DNA of 64,000 nt from Bryobacterales bacterium (lineage in GTDB: Bacteria > Acidobacteriota > Terriglobia > Bryobacterales > UBA6623), in assembly GCA_028819575.1 (NCBI GenBank), contig JAPPLB010000123.1, positions 1,227 through 65,226 on the forward strand. Reading direction: 5' to 3'. The translations under genes and the position numbers were made by a program. Positions within the stretch are counted from its first letter, which is position 1. Every line of letters begins with the position of its first letter. The notes under the pieces were generated by a model. That model searched no databases. It was not told the origin of the DNA and worked only from the letters and a program-made list of their open reading frames with translations. Of the stretch, positions 11,251-22,547 are shown in pieces.

Positions 11251-11460
11251 ATGCAGGACGAGATCGATGCACACGTCGTTGAAGCTCTGCCGAATGAGTT
11301 GTTTCGGGTGGAACTGGAAAATCACAAGCAGGTGCTGGCTCATCCGGCGTCGCGGCAGCGGCGCAGTTTCTTGCGACTGCTGCCGGGAGATCGTGTGAAG
11401 GTGAAACTCTCCTCGAAAGACCGGACTCGGGGATGCATTGTGGAGCGTTGTGAATCATGA
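11251..11460 (+). CDS. infA: Translation initiation factor IF-1, divergent
   Basis: EALPN.FRVELEN..VLAH, LPGDRV; syntenic map-infA-rpmJ; several canonical residues replaced. Confidence 0.85.
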   Translation: MQDEIDAHVVEALPNELFRVELENHKQVLAHPASRQRRSFLRLLPGDRVKVKLSSKDRTRGCIVERCES

Positions 11461-11570
11461 AAGTTCGGGCATCGGTCAAGAAGATGTGCAAGGACTGCAA
11501 AATCGTCCGGCGCAAGGGTATTTTGCGCGTGCTGTGCAGCAACCCCAAGCACAAGCAACGCCAAGGCTGA
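11457..11570 (+). CDS. rpmJ: 50S ribosomal protein L36 (absent from ORF track)
   Basis: Manual translation [37 protein letters not shown]. Confidence 0.98.
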   Translation: MKVRASVKKMCKDCKIVRRKGILRVLCSNPKHKQRQG

Positions 11571-11582
11571 GGGAGATACAAG

Positions 11583-11966
11583 ATGGCACGTTTGGAAGGT
11601 GTCGATTTGCCGAACAACAAACGATCCGAGATCGCGCTGACCTATCTCTATGGGGTCGGTCGTTCGCGGGCGCGTTCGCTGCTCTATCGAGCCGGCATCG
11701 ATTTCGGAAAGAAGATGGGTGATCTCAACGACGAAGAGATTACGAACCTCCGTAAGCTCATCGAAGAAGAGGGCGCCGTCGAGGGTGATCTGCGTAAGGA
11801 AGTGCAGATGAACATCCGGCGCCTGATCGAGATCGGTTGCTATCGCGGATTGCGCCACCGCCGGAGCTTGCCCGTGCGCGGCCAGCGAACGCATACCAAC
11901 GCCCGCACGCGCAAGGGGCCGAAGCGGGGTACGATCGCAGGCAAACGCAAAACGGGTAAGAAGTAG
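11583..11966 (+). CDS. rpsM: 30S ribosomal protein S13
   Basis: [26 protein letters not shown]. Confidence 0.99.
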   Translation: MARLEGVDLPNNKRSEIALTYLYGVGRSRARSLLYRAGIDFGKKMGDLNDEEITNLRKLIEEEGAVEGDLRKEVQMNIRRLIEIGCYRGLRHRRSLPVRGQRTHTNARTRKGPKRGTIAGKRKTGKK

Positions 11967-11990
11967 CAGTGGCATTGGCAGCGAGGACGT

Positions 11991-12401
11991 ATGGCTAGGA
12001 CAAAGGCAAAAACCGGCAAGAAGGGCAAGAAGTTCAAGAGCCGGGTCCGGAAGAATATTCCCGACGGGATCGTGAGCATTCAAGCCACGTTCAACAACAC
12101 GATTGTGACGATCAGCGATGCCAAGGGGAACGTCATTTCGTGGTCGAGCGCAGGCTCGCTGGGATTCCGCGGTTCTCAAAAAGGCACTCCGTTCGCCGCG
12201 CAGCAGGCCAGTTTGACCGCAGCGAACGCCGCCAAGGAACATGGCTTGCGTCGCGTCAATGTGCGGGTCAAAGGGCCGGGCGGCGGGCGCGAATCCGCGA
12301 TTCGGGCGTTGGCGACGGCAGGCATTGAAGTGCGCCACATCAAGGACGTGACACCGATTCCGCATAACGGCTGCCGGCCACCGAAACGGAGACGGGTCTA
12401 A
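11991..12401 (+). CDS. rpsK: 30S ribosomal protein S11
   Basis: [26 protein letters not shown]. Confidence 0.99.
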   Translation: MARTKAKTGKKGKKFKSRVRKNIPDGIVSIQATFNNTIVTISDAKGNVISWSSAGSLGFRGSQKGTPFAAQQASLTAANAAKEHGLRRVNVRVKGPGGGRESAIRALATAGIEVRHIKDVTPIPHNGCRPPKRRRV

Positions 12402-12474
12402 GCGACGACCGACTCGGTCTCGCGCGAAGACTCTCGCGCGAGTCGAGCTTGTCGGGAGGGGGAAACACAAGTTC

Positions 12475-13110
12475 ATGGCAAGATACGTCGGACCGGCTTG
12501 CAGGCTCTGCCGAAGGGAAGGGATGAAGCTCTTCCTGAAGGGGGAACGCTGCTATGGCCCCAAGTGCGCCATCGAAAAACGTAACTATTTCCCGGGACAG
12601 CACGGCAAGACGGCTCGGCCCAGAAAGCTGATGGGTTACGGGTTGCAGCTTCGGGAAAAACAGCGTGTCAAACGCATCTACGGAGTGTTGGAGCGCCAGT
12701 TCCGCCGCTATTTCGAAAAGGCGGCGCACATGAAGGGAGTCGTGGGCGAGAATCTGCTGGCTCTGCTCGAGCGGCGGCTCGACAACGTCATCTACCGCGC
12801 CGGAATGGGAACCAGCCGTCCACAAGCGCGTCAGATCGTCCGCCACGGTCACATCGAGGTCAATGGTCAGAAGGCCGATATACCTTCGTACCTCGTCAAG
12901 CCCGGCGATGTGGTTCAGATCAGAGAGAAAAGCCGCGGGCATTCGGGCATCACGGCCTCGGTCGAGGCAACCTCCCACAGCTCGGCGCCCGGCTGGATGG
13001 AAGTGGATCGCGAGAAGCTCTCGGTGAAGGTCATTGGAATGCCCCGCCGGGATGAGTTGGTGCAGATCCCGATCAATGAGCAACTCATCGTCGAGTTGTA
13101 TTCGAGATAG
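12475..13110 (+). CDS. rpsD: 30S ribosomal protein S4
   Basis: [30 protein letters not shown]. Confidence 0.99.
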   Translation: MARYVGPACRLCRREGMKLFLKGERCYGPKCAIEKRNYFPGQHGKTARPRKLMGYGLQLREKQRVKRIYGVLERQFRRYFEKAAHMKGVVGENLLALLERRLDNVIYRAGMGTSRPQARQIVRHGHIEVNGQKADIPSYLVKPGDVVQIREKSRGHSGITASVEATSHSSAPGWMEVDREKLSVKVIGMPRRDELVQIPINEQLIVELYSR

Positions 13111-13190
13111 CGTTGCCTGAAAACACGAGATTACGACCCACCACCTTTGGCGTCTCGGACGCCAATCGAGTTGAATAGGGGAAAGCCACT

Positions 13191-14204
13191 ATGTGGAAAG
13201 GATTTCAAAAGCCCAGACGCTTGGCCGCAGAGGGCGATTCTCTGAGCGATACCTTCGGCCGTTTCAGCGCCCAGCCTTTCGAGAGAGGTTTCGGCACGAC
13301 TGTGGGGAATTCTCTGCGGAGGGCGCTGCTGAGTTCCATCGAAGGTGCGGCGATCACTGCCGTTCGGATTGAAGGCATCTCACACGAGTTCAGCCCCATC
13401 CCGGGCGTGGTCGAGGATGCAACCGATATCATCCTCAACCTCAAACAGATTCCGCTCAAGCTCCATGGAGAAGGCGCGAGGACCATTCGTCTTCGGGCGA
13501 CCGAACCCGGTCCGGTTCTAAGCGGCGCGATCGAGGCCGACTCCGATGTTGAGATTCTCGACCCCAATCAGTACATCGCCACCGTCAGCGAGGGCAGCAT
13601 CCTGGATCTCGAAATGCGAGTCAAGCTCGGACGCGGATACGTCGGAGCGGAGAAGAATTTCGACGAAGACCTGGCGTTGGGTTACATCCCGATCGATTCC
13701 GTCCACTCGCCGGTCCGCAAGGTCAACTACTCCGTCGAAGCCGCGCGGCTGGGCCAGATGACCGACTATGACAAGCTGACGCTCGAGGTCTGGACCAACG
13801 GAGCTCTGCCGCCTCAGGACGCCATCGGCTTGGCTGCGAAGCTGTTGAAGGACCATATGACGATCTTCATCAACTTCGAGGAGGAAGCCGCGACCGAGGA
13901 GGCTCCGGCTGATACATCGACCGACCAGTACCAGGAGTACCTGAATCGGTCCGTGGAGGAGTTGGAGCTCAGCGTGCGTTCCTATAACTGTCTCAAGAAT
14001 GCGAACATCCAAACGATCGGCGATTTGGTGGTCCGCACCGGGGCCGACATGCTCAAGACGAAGAATTTCGGCCGCAAGTCCTTGATGGAGATCAAGGAAA
14101 TTCTGGCCTCCATGGGTTTGTCCCTGGGCATGATTTTCGACGAGCACGGACGTCTGGTGCCACCTCCGACGATCGAAGGAGAGGACGACGCTTCCGCTGC
14201 CTGA
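13191..14204 (+). CDS. rpoA: RNA polymerase alpha subunit
   Basis: [35 protein letters not shown]. Confidence 0.99.
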   Translation: MWKGFQKPRRLAAEGDSLSDTFGRFSAQPFERGFGTTVGNSLRRALLSSIEGAAITAVRIEGISHEFSPIPGVVEDATDIILNLKQIPLKLHGEGARTIRLRATEPGPVLSGAIEADSDVEILDPNQYIATVSEGSILDLEMRVKLGRGYVGAEKNFDEDLALGYIPIDSVHSPVRKVNYSVEAARLGQMTDYDKLTLEVWTNGALPPQDAIGLAAKLLKDHMTIFINFEEEAATEEAPADTSTDQYQEYLNRSVEELELSVRSYNCLKNANIQTIGDLVVRTGADMLKTKNFGRKSLMEIKEILASMGLSLGMIFDEHGRLVPPPTIEGEDDASAA

Positions 14205-14221
14205 GCCGTGGGAGAGATTCG

Positions 14222-14692
14222 ATGAGACATAGAAAAGGTGGTTTCAAACTGCAGCGGAACCCCTCCGCGCGTCGCGCGCTGCTAAGGGGTCTTGCCACGA
14301 ACGTGATCGAGCGGGATCGTATCGTCACGACCGTCACCAAGGCCAAGGCGGTGAGGCCCTGGGTCGAAAAGATGATCACGCTCGGCAAGCGGGATACTCT
14401 TCACAGCCGGCGGCAGGCCGCCGCGTTCCTGCAGACGCCCGCGGCCGTCAAGAAGTTGTTCGATACTTTGGCGCCGCGGTTCTCACAGCAGGACGGCGGT
14501 TACACACGGATCATCAGGTTAGGGCCGCGCAAGGGCGACGGCGCAGAGGAAGTGGTCATCGAGATTCTCGGCACCGAACTGAAGAAGCGGGCGGAAGAAA
14601 GGCGTAAGCGCAAGGAAGAACGCCTGAAACGCCAACAGGAGGAATCGGAGTCGGCCGAGGAAGTCGAGAAGGCCCCGGAAGCGCCATCTTGA
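14222..14692 (+). CDS. rplQ: 50S ribosomal protein L17
   Basis: MRHRK, TTVTKAK, GGYTRII..GPRKGDGA. Confidence 0.98.
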   Translation: MRHRKGGFKLQRNPSARRALLRGLATNVIERDRIVTTVTKAKAVRPWVEKMITLGKRDTLHSRRQAAAFLQTPAAVKKLFDTLAPRFSQQDGGYTRIIRLGPRKGDGAEEVVIEILGTELKKRAEERRKRKEERLKRQQEESESAEEVEKAPEAPS

Positions 14693-14769
14693 TTCATCGG
14701 GCAGCTTCGTAGAGTTTCACGGAAGTCCTGCCGATGCCAGGCATCAAGCCACGAAGCCTTCGTGACAGG

Positions 14770-14910
14770 TAGCCTGTATTTCTCACTGCGCGGCGAGGCG
14801 AAGTGGGTGAGAGGGGCGTCAGGACGAGGCGCAAGCCGGGCGGAGGAAAAAGGCGCGAGCCGCTTGGCGCGCGCAGGCGTACTTGAAAGTACATCGAGCA
14901 CGGCATGCCA
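14770..14910 (+). mobile_element. MITE-like repeat copy A (right end missing)
   Basis: TAGCCTGTATTTCTCAC left end plus internal blocks (GGCGAGGCGAAGTG, CCGCTTGGCGCGCGCAGGCGTACTTGAA) matching copy C at 20252. Confidence 0.8.
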
Positions 14911-14942
14911 AGCTTGTGGCCCCGGGGGGCCGAACAGGGTAC

Positions 14943-15968
14943 ATGCGCCTCGTTGCCATTCTATGGGTAGGGCTGGTCTTCGGGACGAGCGCTTGCGACC
15001 GTGACCCCGTGGACGGTGTGGCGGCGCGGGTCAACGGCTACCGTATCACTCGCGCTGAACTCGAAAAGTATTACCAAAGCCAGGTCGGCGACTCTCCCAG
15101 CGTCGGGACAGCGGATCAAGAGCGGATGCTGCGCTTGAATCTGCTCGGAGAGTTGATCGACCGCCAGATCATGCTCGATCGGGCCGAAAAGCTGGGGCTG
15201 ATGGCCGTGGACGCCGAGGTCGAGAACAGCTATCAGGAATATCGATCGCGCTTCAAGGAAGACGCCGAGTTCGACCGATATCTTGAGGATCGTGTGATCA
15301 CGGTCGAGGAACTCAAAAACGAGATCCGCCGCAACTTGACGATCGAGAAGCTGCTGAACCATCAAATCACCTCACGCATTCAGGTCGATGAACCCGAAGT
15401 GCGAACGTACTACGAGGGCAACATCGGGAGCTTTAACGTGCCGGAGCAGCAGGTGCACATGGCATGGATCCTGGTCACCGCCCGCAGCGAGACGCCGGTG
15501 CCCAATCTGCACAACGATGACGCCGTCGACGAGGAAGCCGCCAAGAAAAAGATCGAGATGATCGAGGCGCGGTTGCGAGACGGCGAGGAGTTCGCGACGC
15601 TGGCGCAGAACTACTCTGAGGATCCGGTCTCGACGGCAAGCGGTGGGGACCTGGGATTTATTCCGCAGTCTTCGCTCGAGCAGGTGGACCTGAGCCTTCG
15701 TCAAGTCGTCGCTTCGCTCACTCCCGGCGAGGTCTCGCCGATCGTCAAGACCGGCGACGAGTACCGCATCATCAAGCTCATCTCGGTGGAGCAGGCTGGT
15801 CAGCGCGACTATTCCGACCCGCGGGTCCAGCAGACCATTCGCGAGACGATTCGCAGCCGCAAAGATCAACTCCTCCGGGCCGCCTACCTTGAAATCGCCC
15901 GCAATGAAGCCGAGATCAAGAACTATCTGGCGCGGGAAGTCGTGGACGACTTTGGTGTATTGCACTAG
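14943..15968 (+). CDS. SurA/PrsA-like parvulin peptidyl-prolyl isomerase, probable lipoprotein
   Basis: Signal peptide ending TSAC; ARVNG..IT SurA N-domain; FATLAQNYSEDP..GGDLG parvulin motif. Confidence 0.9.
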   Translation: MRLVAILWVGLVFGTSACDRDPVDGVAARVNGYRITRAELEKYYQSQVGDSPSVGTADQERMLRLNLLGELIDRQIMLDRAEKLGLMAVDAEVENSYQEYRSRFKEDAEFDRYLEDRVITVEELKNEIRRNLTIEKLLNHQITSRIQVDEPEVRTYYEGNIGSFNVPEQQVHMAWILVTARSETPVPNLHNDDAVDEEAAKKKIEMIEARLRDGEEFATLAQNYSEDPVSTASGGDLGFIPQSSLEQVDLSLRQVVASLTPGEVSPIVKTGDEYRIIKLISVEQAGQRDYSDPRVQQTIRETIRSRKDQLLRAAYLEIARNEAEIKNYLAREVVDDFGVLH

Positions 15969-16060
15969 CTGAATTTCCCATCCTCATGGCCTGCGGTTCC
16001 GCAAGAGGTTCCTTCCCGGCACGACGGGCCGATCGTCCGCGGACGGATCTGGAACGAACA

Positions 16061-16246
16061 TAGCCTGCATTTCTCACCCCGGGGCGGGGCGAACGGTAGG
16101 ACGAGGTACGAGTACGAGCCGCTTGGCGTGCGCAGGTGTACGTTATCCGTACATCGAGCACGGCCAGCAAGCATTGCGAAGGAAAAGCGAAATCATGGCG
16201 GCCATATCGCGTGCTTCGGCCGTCATGTGGTGAGATACGCAGGCTA
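16061..16246 (+). mobile_element. MITE-like repeat copy B (complete, diverged)
   Basis: TAGCCTGCATTTCTCACC ... GGTGAGATACGCAGGCTA with shared internal blocks. Confidence 0.82.
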
Positions 16247-17797
16247 ACGTGCTGCAAGATCTGGACGGGCGCGTTTGAACACGAAGTGCTTCGGATTGAC
16301 GGAAGTGACGCCCGGACTATCGACGGTGATCACCTGAGCCGAGATCGGCTCATAGGCAGCCCGCGGCGCAATCACTCCCTTGGCGACCAGGATCTTCTGT
16401 CGCTCGGGATACACACCGCAACTCCTCATCTGGTGCAGGCTGAACGGAATGACGCGCTTGCTGGTAAGCATCAGGATGTTCGGAAAATCGCGCGTCGATC
16501 CCTCGACTTCGATCACCGAGGTCAAACCCATATCCCAATAGCGGCCGCCCCCGTGACGCACTTCAGGTTCCACGAATCTTCCGTCGTGCAGCGACTTCAC
16601 CCGGCCGCGAATGCGCACCGGATGGCCGTGCATGGAGTCCGACTTGCCGCCGACGAGCATGTCGAACTTACCGTCGATCCCGGCGGCGAAAGCCGCCTCG
16701 TTCGATTCCTTATCGTTGATGACAACGACCCAACCCTCGGCCCTCTGCTCGAGCAACGGATGGAGGATGAAAGTACTGTCGCCCGGGGAGCCGCCGCCGA
16801 TGTTATCGCCTGTGTCCATGAGGGTGATCGGAAATTCGTCAGCGGCCATCGCCATCTTCACGGCCTCCGAGGGGCTCGGCAGGTCCAACACGAGCTGGTC
16901 GCTGACGGCCAGCAGCATATCCGCTAGGCGCTTCGCCTCGCGCCGCGCCAACTCGGGGTCGTTATCCGTCACCACGACCACGCTTGGGCCCATCGCCGGG
17001 ATGTCGGACCACTGATATCCCGCCGACACGCTCGCGGCCAGGATCGTTGGATTCTGCTCCATCCGTCGGCTCTCGTCAACGATCGGCTTGAGCGGCTCGG
17101 TATACGTGTTTTGAAATACGAGATTGTAGAAAAGCGCGGGTTTCTCGATCGCGGAGGTGGGCTTCACCTTGCCCAGGATCGTGTTCGCCAGGATGCGCGC
17201 TGAGTGCACCCCTCTCTCTCTGGCGTCAAGGTGGGGATTCTCTTTGTAGGTGATGACCGCCGTCGCCTCCTCGACGATCTCCTTCGACACGTTGGCGTGA
17301 AAATCGTGGGTGACCACGATTGGGATGTCGTTGCCGAAGGCAGTACGCACCCGCCGAACGACTTCCGCATCGGCGTGCGGATAGCTCTCGGCCACCATCG
17401 TGCCGTGCAGGTAGAGCAGGATGCCATCGAGTTTCGGCGCCGCCTGAAGACGCTCGATCAGCTCCTGCGTCAGAGCCTCGAACGCCTCGTCCGTCACCAT
17501 GCCGATCGTTTGCGGCCCGGCGAGGATGGTCGGATAGAGTTCCAGTCCGTTCAGCCTGGCGCCCTCGATGTGCCCCGCCGTCACGTTGGTGCCGCCCGTG
17601 TATTCGTCCAGAATCTCCTGACCGCGCAAAATACCCTTTGCTCCGCGCAACCCCCTTGCAAAATCAGCGAGCGTGGTCTTCCTCGGATTGAACGTGTTCG
17701 TCTCGTGAGCGATACCACCCAATCCGACCAGAAGATCACGATCCTGCGCCGTCACGGTAGTTGCCAGTAGTAAAAGGAAGATGAATGGTTTGAGCAC
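16244..17797 (-). CDS. M81 (MlrC-like) metallopeptidase, exported
   Basis: GIAHETNTF, LHGTMVAE, DFHAN, DTGDNIGGG; N-terminal signal peptide. Confidence 0.92.
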   Translation of the reverse strand: MLKPFIFLLLLATTVTAQDRDLLVGLGGIAHETNTFNPRKTTLADFARGLRGAKGILRGQEILDEYTGGTNVTAGHIEGARLNGLELYPTILAGPQTIGMVTDEAFEALTQELIERLQAAPKLDGILLYLHGTMVAESYPHADAEVVRRVRTAFGNDIPIVVTHDFHANVSKEIVEEATAVITYKENPHLDARERGVHSARILANTILGKVKPTSAIEKPALFYNLVFQNTYTEPLKPIVDESRRMEQNPTILAASVSAGYQWSDIPAMGPSVVVVTDNDPELARREAKRLADMLLAVSDQLVLDLPSPSEAVKMAMAADEFPITLMDTGDNIGGGSPGDSTFILHPLLEQRAEGWVVVINDKESNEAAFAAGIDGKFDMLVGGKSDSMHGHPVRIRGRVKSLHDGRFVEPEVRHGGGRYWDMGLTSVIEVEGSTRDFPNILMLTSKRVIPFSLHQMRSCGVYPERQKILVAKGVIAPRAAYEPISAQVITVDSPGVTSVNPKHFVFKRARPDLAAR

Positions 17798-17888
17798 GGC
17801 TGTGATTGTAGCGCCTCGCGGAGGAAGGGCAGGATCGAACCGGGTCGTCGATCAGCGAGTGCTGCCTACAATGAGAGACCCCGAAGCC

Positions 17889-20255
17889 ATGCTGCAGCCT
17901 TCTCCCTCTTGGCGGTTCCGTCGATCGATCGTGATGCTTCTGCTCGCCATGGCGGCAACGGCAGGGGCGCTTGCCCAAGATGCCCTGCGGCAGGCTCGTC
18001 AACTTTATCAGCGAGGCGATTTCGGGGGCGCGGTCGTCGTTTTGAATCGACACCTCTCAGTGGAGCCGGAAGACGACCAGGCCCGCATGCTGCTCGGGGT
18101 CTGCCACCAGCGCAGCGGCAACAACGAAGCTGCGGAGGCGGCTTTCCTCATGCTGGAGCACCGGAATCCGGGCAATCCGCAAGTGTTGTTCATGCTGGCC
18201 TTGACACAGTTCACGACTGGGAAATACGACCAGGCCGAGTCGAATGGCTTGAAGGTCATCGCGTCGGGAACACAGGCCGGCCCCGCTCACCACCTGCTGG
18301 GTATGGTCTACGAAGAGCGGAACGCGCTTGACAAGGCCCTCGCTTCGTATGAACAAGCCATCAAGGCGGACCGGCAGCTCGTCGACGCTTATCTGAGCTC
18401 GGGGAGCGTCCTGCTGAAGCTGCGCCGTCCGGCCGACGCGCTGCCGATGTTGGACAAGGCGGTGGAGCTCCGTCCTGGTCTTGCCGAGGCTCACTATCAC
18501 CGGGCCCGCGCACGAATTGAATTGGGACAACTGTCCGCTGCGCGAGAGGACCTGGAAACCACTGTCCGCCTGCAAGACCATCGCCAGGCCCGCAGCTTAC
18601 TGGAGCGGGTGAAGTCAGGCGAGTTTGCAACGGTAAAGAGAATGGCGAAGGGAGATGCCCCGAAACCGCCGGCCATGCTCTCGCCAATTCGCTTCCGCAA
18701 TGTTGCCGGCCAGGCGGGTCTCGACTTCGTAGTCGCGAATCACCCTACCGCAGACAAGCACCTCGTTGAGACGATGGCCGGCGGTATGGCGGCTTTCGAC
18801 TACGACAACGACGGGCTCACCGACATCTTCTTCGCGAACGGAGCCGAGACCCCCAGCCTCGTGAAGACATTCGCGAAATACCACAATCGCCTCTTCCGCA
18901 ACGTCGGGAACATGGAATTTCGCGACGTGACCGCGGCCGCAGGGTTGCAGGGCACTGGTTATTCGATGGGGGCCGCGGCCGGAGACTTCGACAATGATGG
19001 CTACGTGGACTTGTTCGTCCCCGGCGCCTTCGGCAACCTGCTCTACCGCAATCTCGGCAACGGACGTTTCGAAGAGATCACGGCGAATGCGGGCGTCAAG
19101 AGCGATCGCTGGTCCGTTGCGGCCGGCTGGTTTGACTATGACAACGACGGTTTTCTTGATCTTTTCGTCGTTGACTACCTCCAGTGGTCACCCGAGAACA
19201 ATCTCTACTGCGGTGACAACGCCAAGAAGCTGCGCACTTACTGTCATCCCAAATACTACGAGGGTCATCCGAACACCCTCTACCGCAACAAGAAGGACGG
19301 CACTTTCGAAGACGTCTCGGAGGCGTCGGGCATCGCGTCCCACGTCGGCAAGGGTATGAGCGTTGCCTTTGCAGACTACGACCAGGACGGGCACGCCGAC
19401 GTATTCATCACCAACGACACCGAACCCAACTTCCTTTTTCGCAACAGGGGAGACGGCGTGTTCGAGGAAGTGGCTCTGGAGGCTGGCCCCGCGCTCACCG
19501 ACGATGGCCGGTCCGTTTCCGCCATGGGAATGGATTTCCGGGACTACGATAACGACTCGCTTCCCGACATCATCTTCACGGCGCTCGTTGGCGAGACATT
19601 CCCGGTCTTTCGCAACGAGGGGGGAGGTGTCTTCCGGGACGCCACCTACGGCACGAAAGTGGGCCGCCTCAGCATGGGTCTCGCTGGCTGGGGCATCGGG
19701 TTGGTCGACTTCAACAACGACGGTTGGAAAGACCTCTTCACGGCGAACTCTCATGTCACCGACAACATCGAAGAATTCTCAAGCGAGAAATACCGCCAAA
19801 ACAATGCCGTTTGGGCAAACACGGGCCACGGGACTTTCCAAGATATGTCGTCCGGGTCAGGTGAAGCCTTTCAAATACAACGCGCGCACCGCGGCAGCGC
19901 CTTCGCGGATTTCAACAACGACGGCCGCGTTGACGTTGTCGTCTCATCGCTCGAAGGACCCGCTGAACTCTGGGAAAATATCAGCGCCCCGGAGAAGCAC
20001 TGGATTCGAATTCGTTTGAAAGGTGTTGGAAGCAACCGTGATGCTATTGGCGCGCGTGTGTCCGTCGACGGACAGCACAACCAAATGACGTCGAGCGTGG
20101 GTTACTCGTCGTCGAGCCTGGTGGGAGTGCACTTCGGCCTGGGGGATCGTGAACGGGTGTCCCGTATCGAGATTCTCTGGCCCAGCGGAGCCCATCAGGT
20201 CTTGCAGGACGTGGCTTCCGACCAGGTGCTGACCGTGATCGAACCCGACTGTTAG
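17889..20255 (+). CDS. TPR + CRTAC1/FG-GAP + ASPIC/UnbV protein
   Basis: N-terminal TPR helices, repeated DYDNDG/DFDNDG motifs, NRDAIGARV..VHFGLG..WPSG C-terminus; start uncertain (17871-17933). Confidence 0.88.
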   Translation: MLQPSPSWRFRRSIVMLLLAMAATAGALAQDALRQARQLYQRGDFGGAVVVLNRHLSVEPEDDQARMLLGVCHQRSGNNEAAEAAFLMLEHRNPGNPQVLFMLALTQFTTGKYDQAESNGLKVIASGTQAGPAHHLLGMVYEERNALDKALASYEQAIKADRQLVDAYLSSGSVLLKLRRPADALPMLDKAVELRPGLAEAHYHRARARIELGQLSAAREDLETTVRLQDHRQARSLLERVKSGEFATVKRMAKGDAPKPPAMLSPIRFRNVAGQAGLDFVVANHPTADKHLVETMAGGMAAFDYDNDGLTDIFFANGAETPSLVKTFAKYHNRLFRNVGNMEFRDVTAAAGLQGTGYSMGAAAGDFDNDGYVDLFVPGAFGNLLYRNLGNGRFEEITANAGVKSDRWSVAAGWFDYDNDGFLDLFVVDYLQWSPENNLYCGDNAKKLRTYCHPKYYEGHPNTLYRNKKDGTFEDVSEASGIASHVGKGMSVAFADYDQDGHADVFITNDTEPNFLFRNRGDGVFEEVALEAGPALTDDGRSVSAMGMDFRDYDNDSLPDIIFTALVGETFPVFRNEGGGVFRDATYGTKVGRLSMGLAGWGIGLVDFNNDGWKDLFTANSHVTDNIEEFSSEKYRQNNAVWANTGHGTFQDMSSGSGEAFQIQRAHRGSAFADFNNDGRVDVVVSSLEGPAELWENISAPEKHWIRIRLKGVGSNRDAIGARVSVDGQHNQMTSSVGYSSSSLVGVHFGLGDRERVSRIEILWPSGAHQVLQDVASDQVLTVIEPDC

Positions 20256-20436
20256 CCTGCATTTCTCACCACGCGGCGAGGCGAAGTGCGCGAGAGGGCC
20301 GTCAGGACCAGGCGCGCGCCGCTTGGCGCGCGCAGGCGTACTTGAACAGTACGTTGAGCACGGCAAGCAAGCGCAACGAAGTCCTGGCGGTCGTATCGTG
20401 TGCTTCGACCGTCGGGTGGTGAGAAATGCAGGTTAG
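20252..20436 (+). mobile_element. MITE-like repeat copy C (intact, TTAG direct flanks)
   Basis: Perfect 15-bp TIR CCTGCATTTCTCACC/GGTGAGAAATGCAGG (20256-20432) flanked by TTAG on both sides. Confidence 0.9.
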
Positions 20437-21972
<1,536 letters not shown>

Positions 21973-21977
21973 ACTGA

Positions 21978-22547
21978 ATGGCGTTGGCGGATACCGGACA
22001 GAACCTCGTTTGCAGCCTCACTGCGGGCGGTGTCAGCGCGGGCTCTCCCGTCGCGCAAACAGAGTTCGCCACGCCATGGCAGGTCCGGCTGCGTATCCTA
22101 CAGGACTATCGCGACATCGCGATGGTCGGCCTGTCCGCCAACCCCTACCGTCCCAGTCATTTCGCCGCGAGGTACCTCCTTGCCGAGGGCTACAACGTCA
22201 TTCCAGTGAACCCCCGCGAAAAAGAGATCCTCGGCCGGCAATCCTATCCCTCCGTAAAGGACATCCCTGGACCAGTTGATGTCGTGGACATCTTCCGTGC
22301 ATCCAAAGAGGCGCCTTCGATCGTCGAGCAGGCTATCGCGATCGGCGCCAAGGTCGTCTGGATGCAGTTCGGTGTCATCAACTATGAGGCTGCCCGGCGT
22401 GCCCGCGAGGCAGGGCTTGAAGTCGTGATGGACCAGTGCATGAAGGTGGAGCACGCACGCTTCTTCGGCGGGCTGCATACGCTCGGATTGAACACCGGCA
22501 TTGTGTCCTCCCGCCGATGGAACCCGGCCGCGGGCAGAAAGCCCTAG
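21978..22547 (+). CDS. CoA-binding protein (YccU-like)
   Basis: IAMVGLSANPYRPS, VDVVDIFR, VVWMQFG, VVMDQCMKVEH. Confidence 0.9.
   Translation: MALADTGQNLVCSLTAGGVSAGSPVAQTEFATPWQVRLRILQDYRDIAMVGLSANPYRPSHFAARYLLAEGYNVIPVNPREKEILGRQSYPSVKDIPGPVDVVDIFRASKEAPSIVEQAIAIGAKVVWMQFGVINYEAARRAREAGLEVVMDQCMKVEHARFFGGLHTLGLNTGIVSSRRWNPAAGRKP

Noticed and set aside
14694-14768. Intrinsic terminator after rplQ
   Set aside because: Hairpins are present (e.g. CACGAAG-C-CTTCGTG) but there is no U-tract, so a Rho-independent terminator cannot be supported.
14883-14942. N-terminal extension of the PPIase ORF (and extended starts for map, metY, DUF1553, isomerase, PHP, PTPS, TlpA, macro and MTase ORFs)
   Set aside because: Extensions run through repeat or intergenic DNA or neighbouring genes; downstream starts give proper signal peptides or family N-termini.
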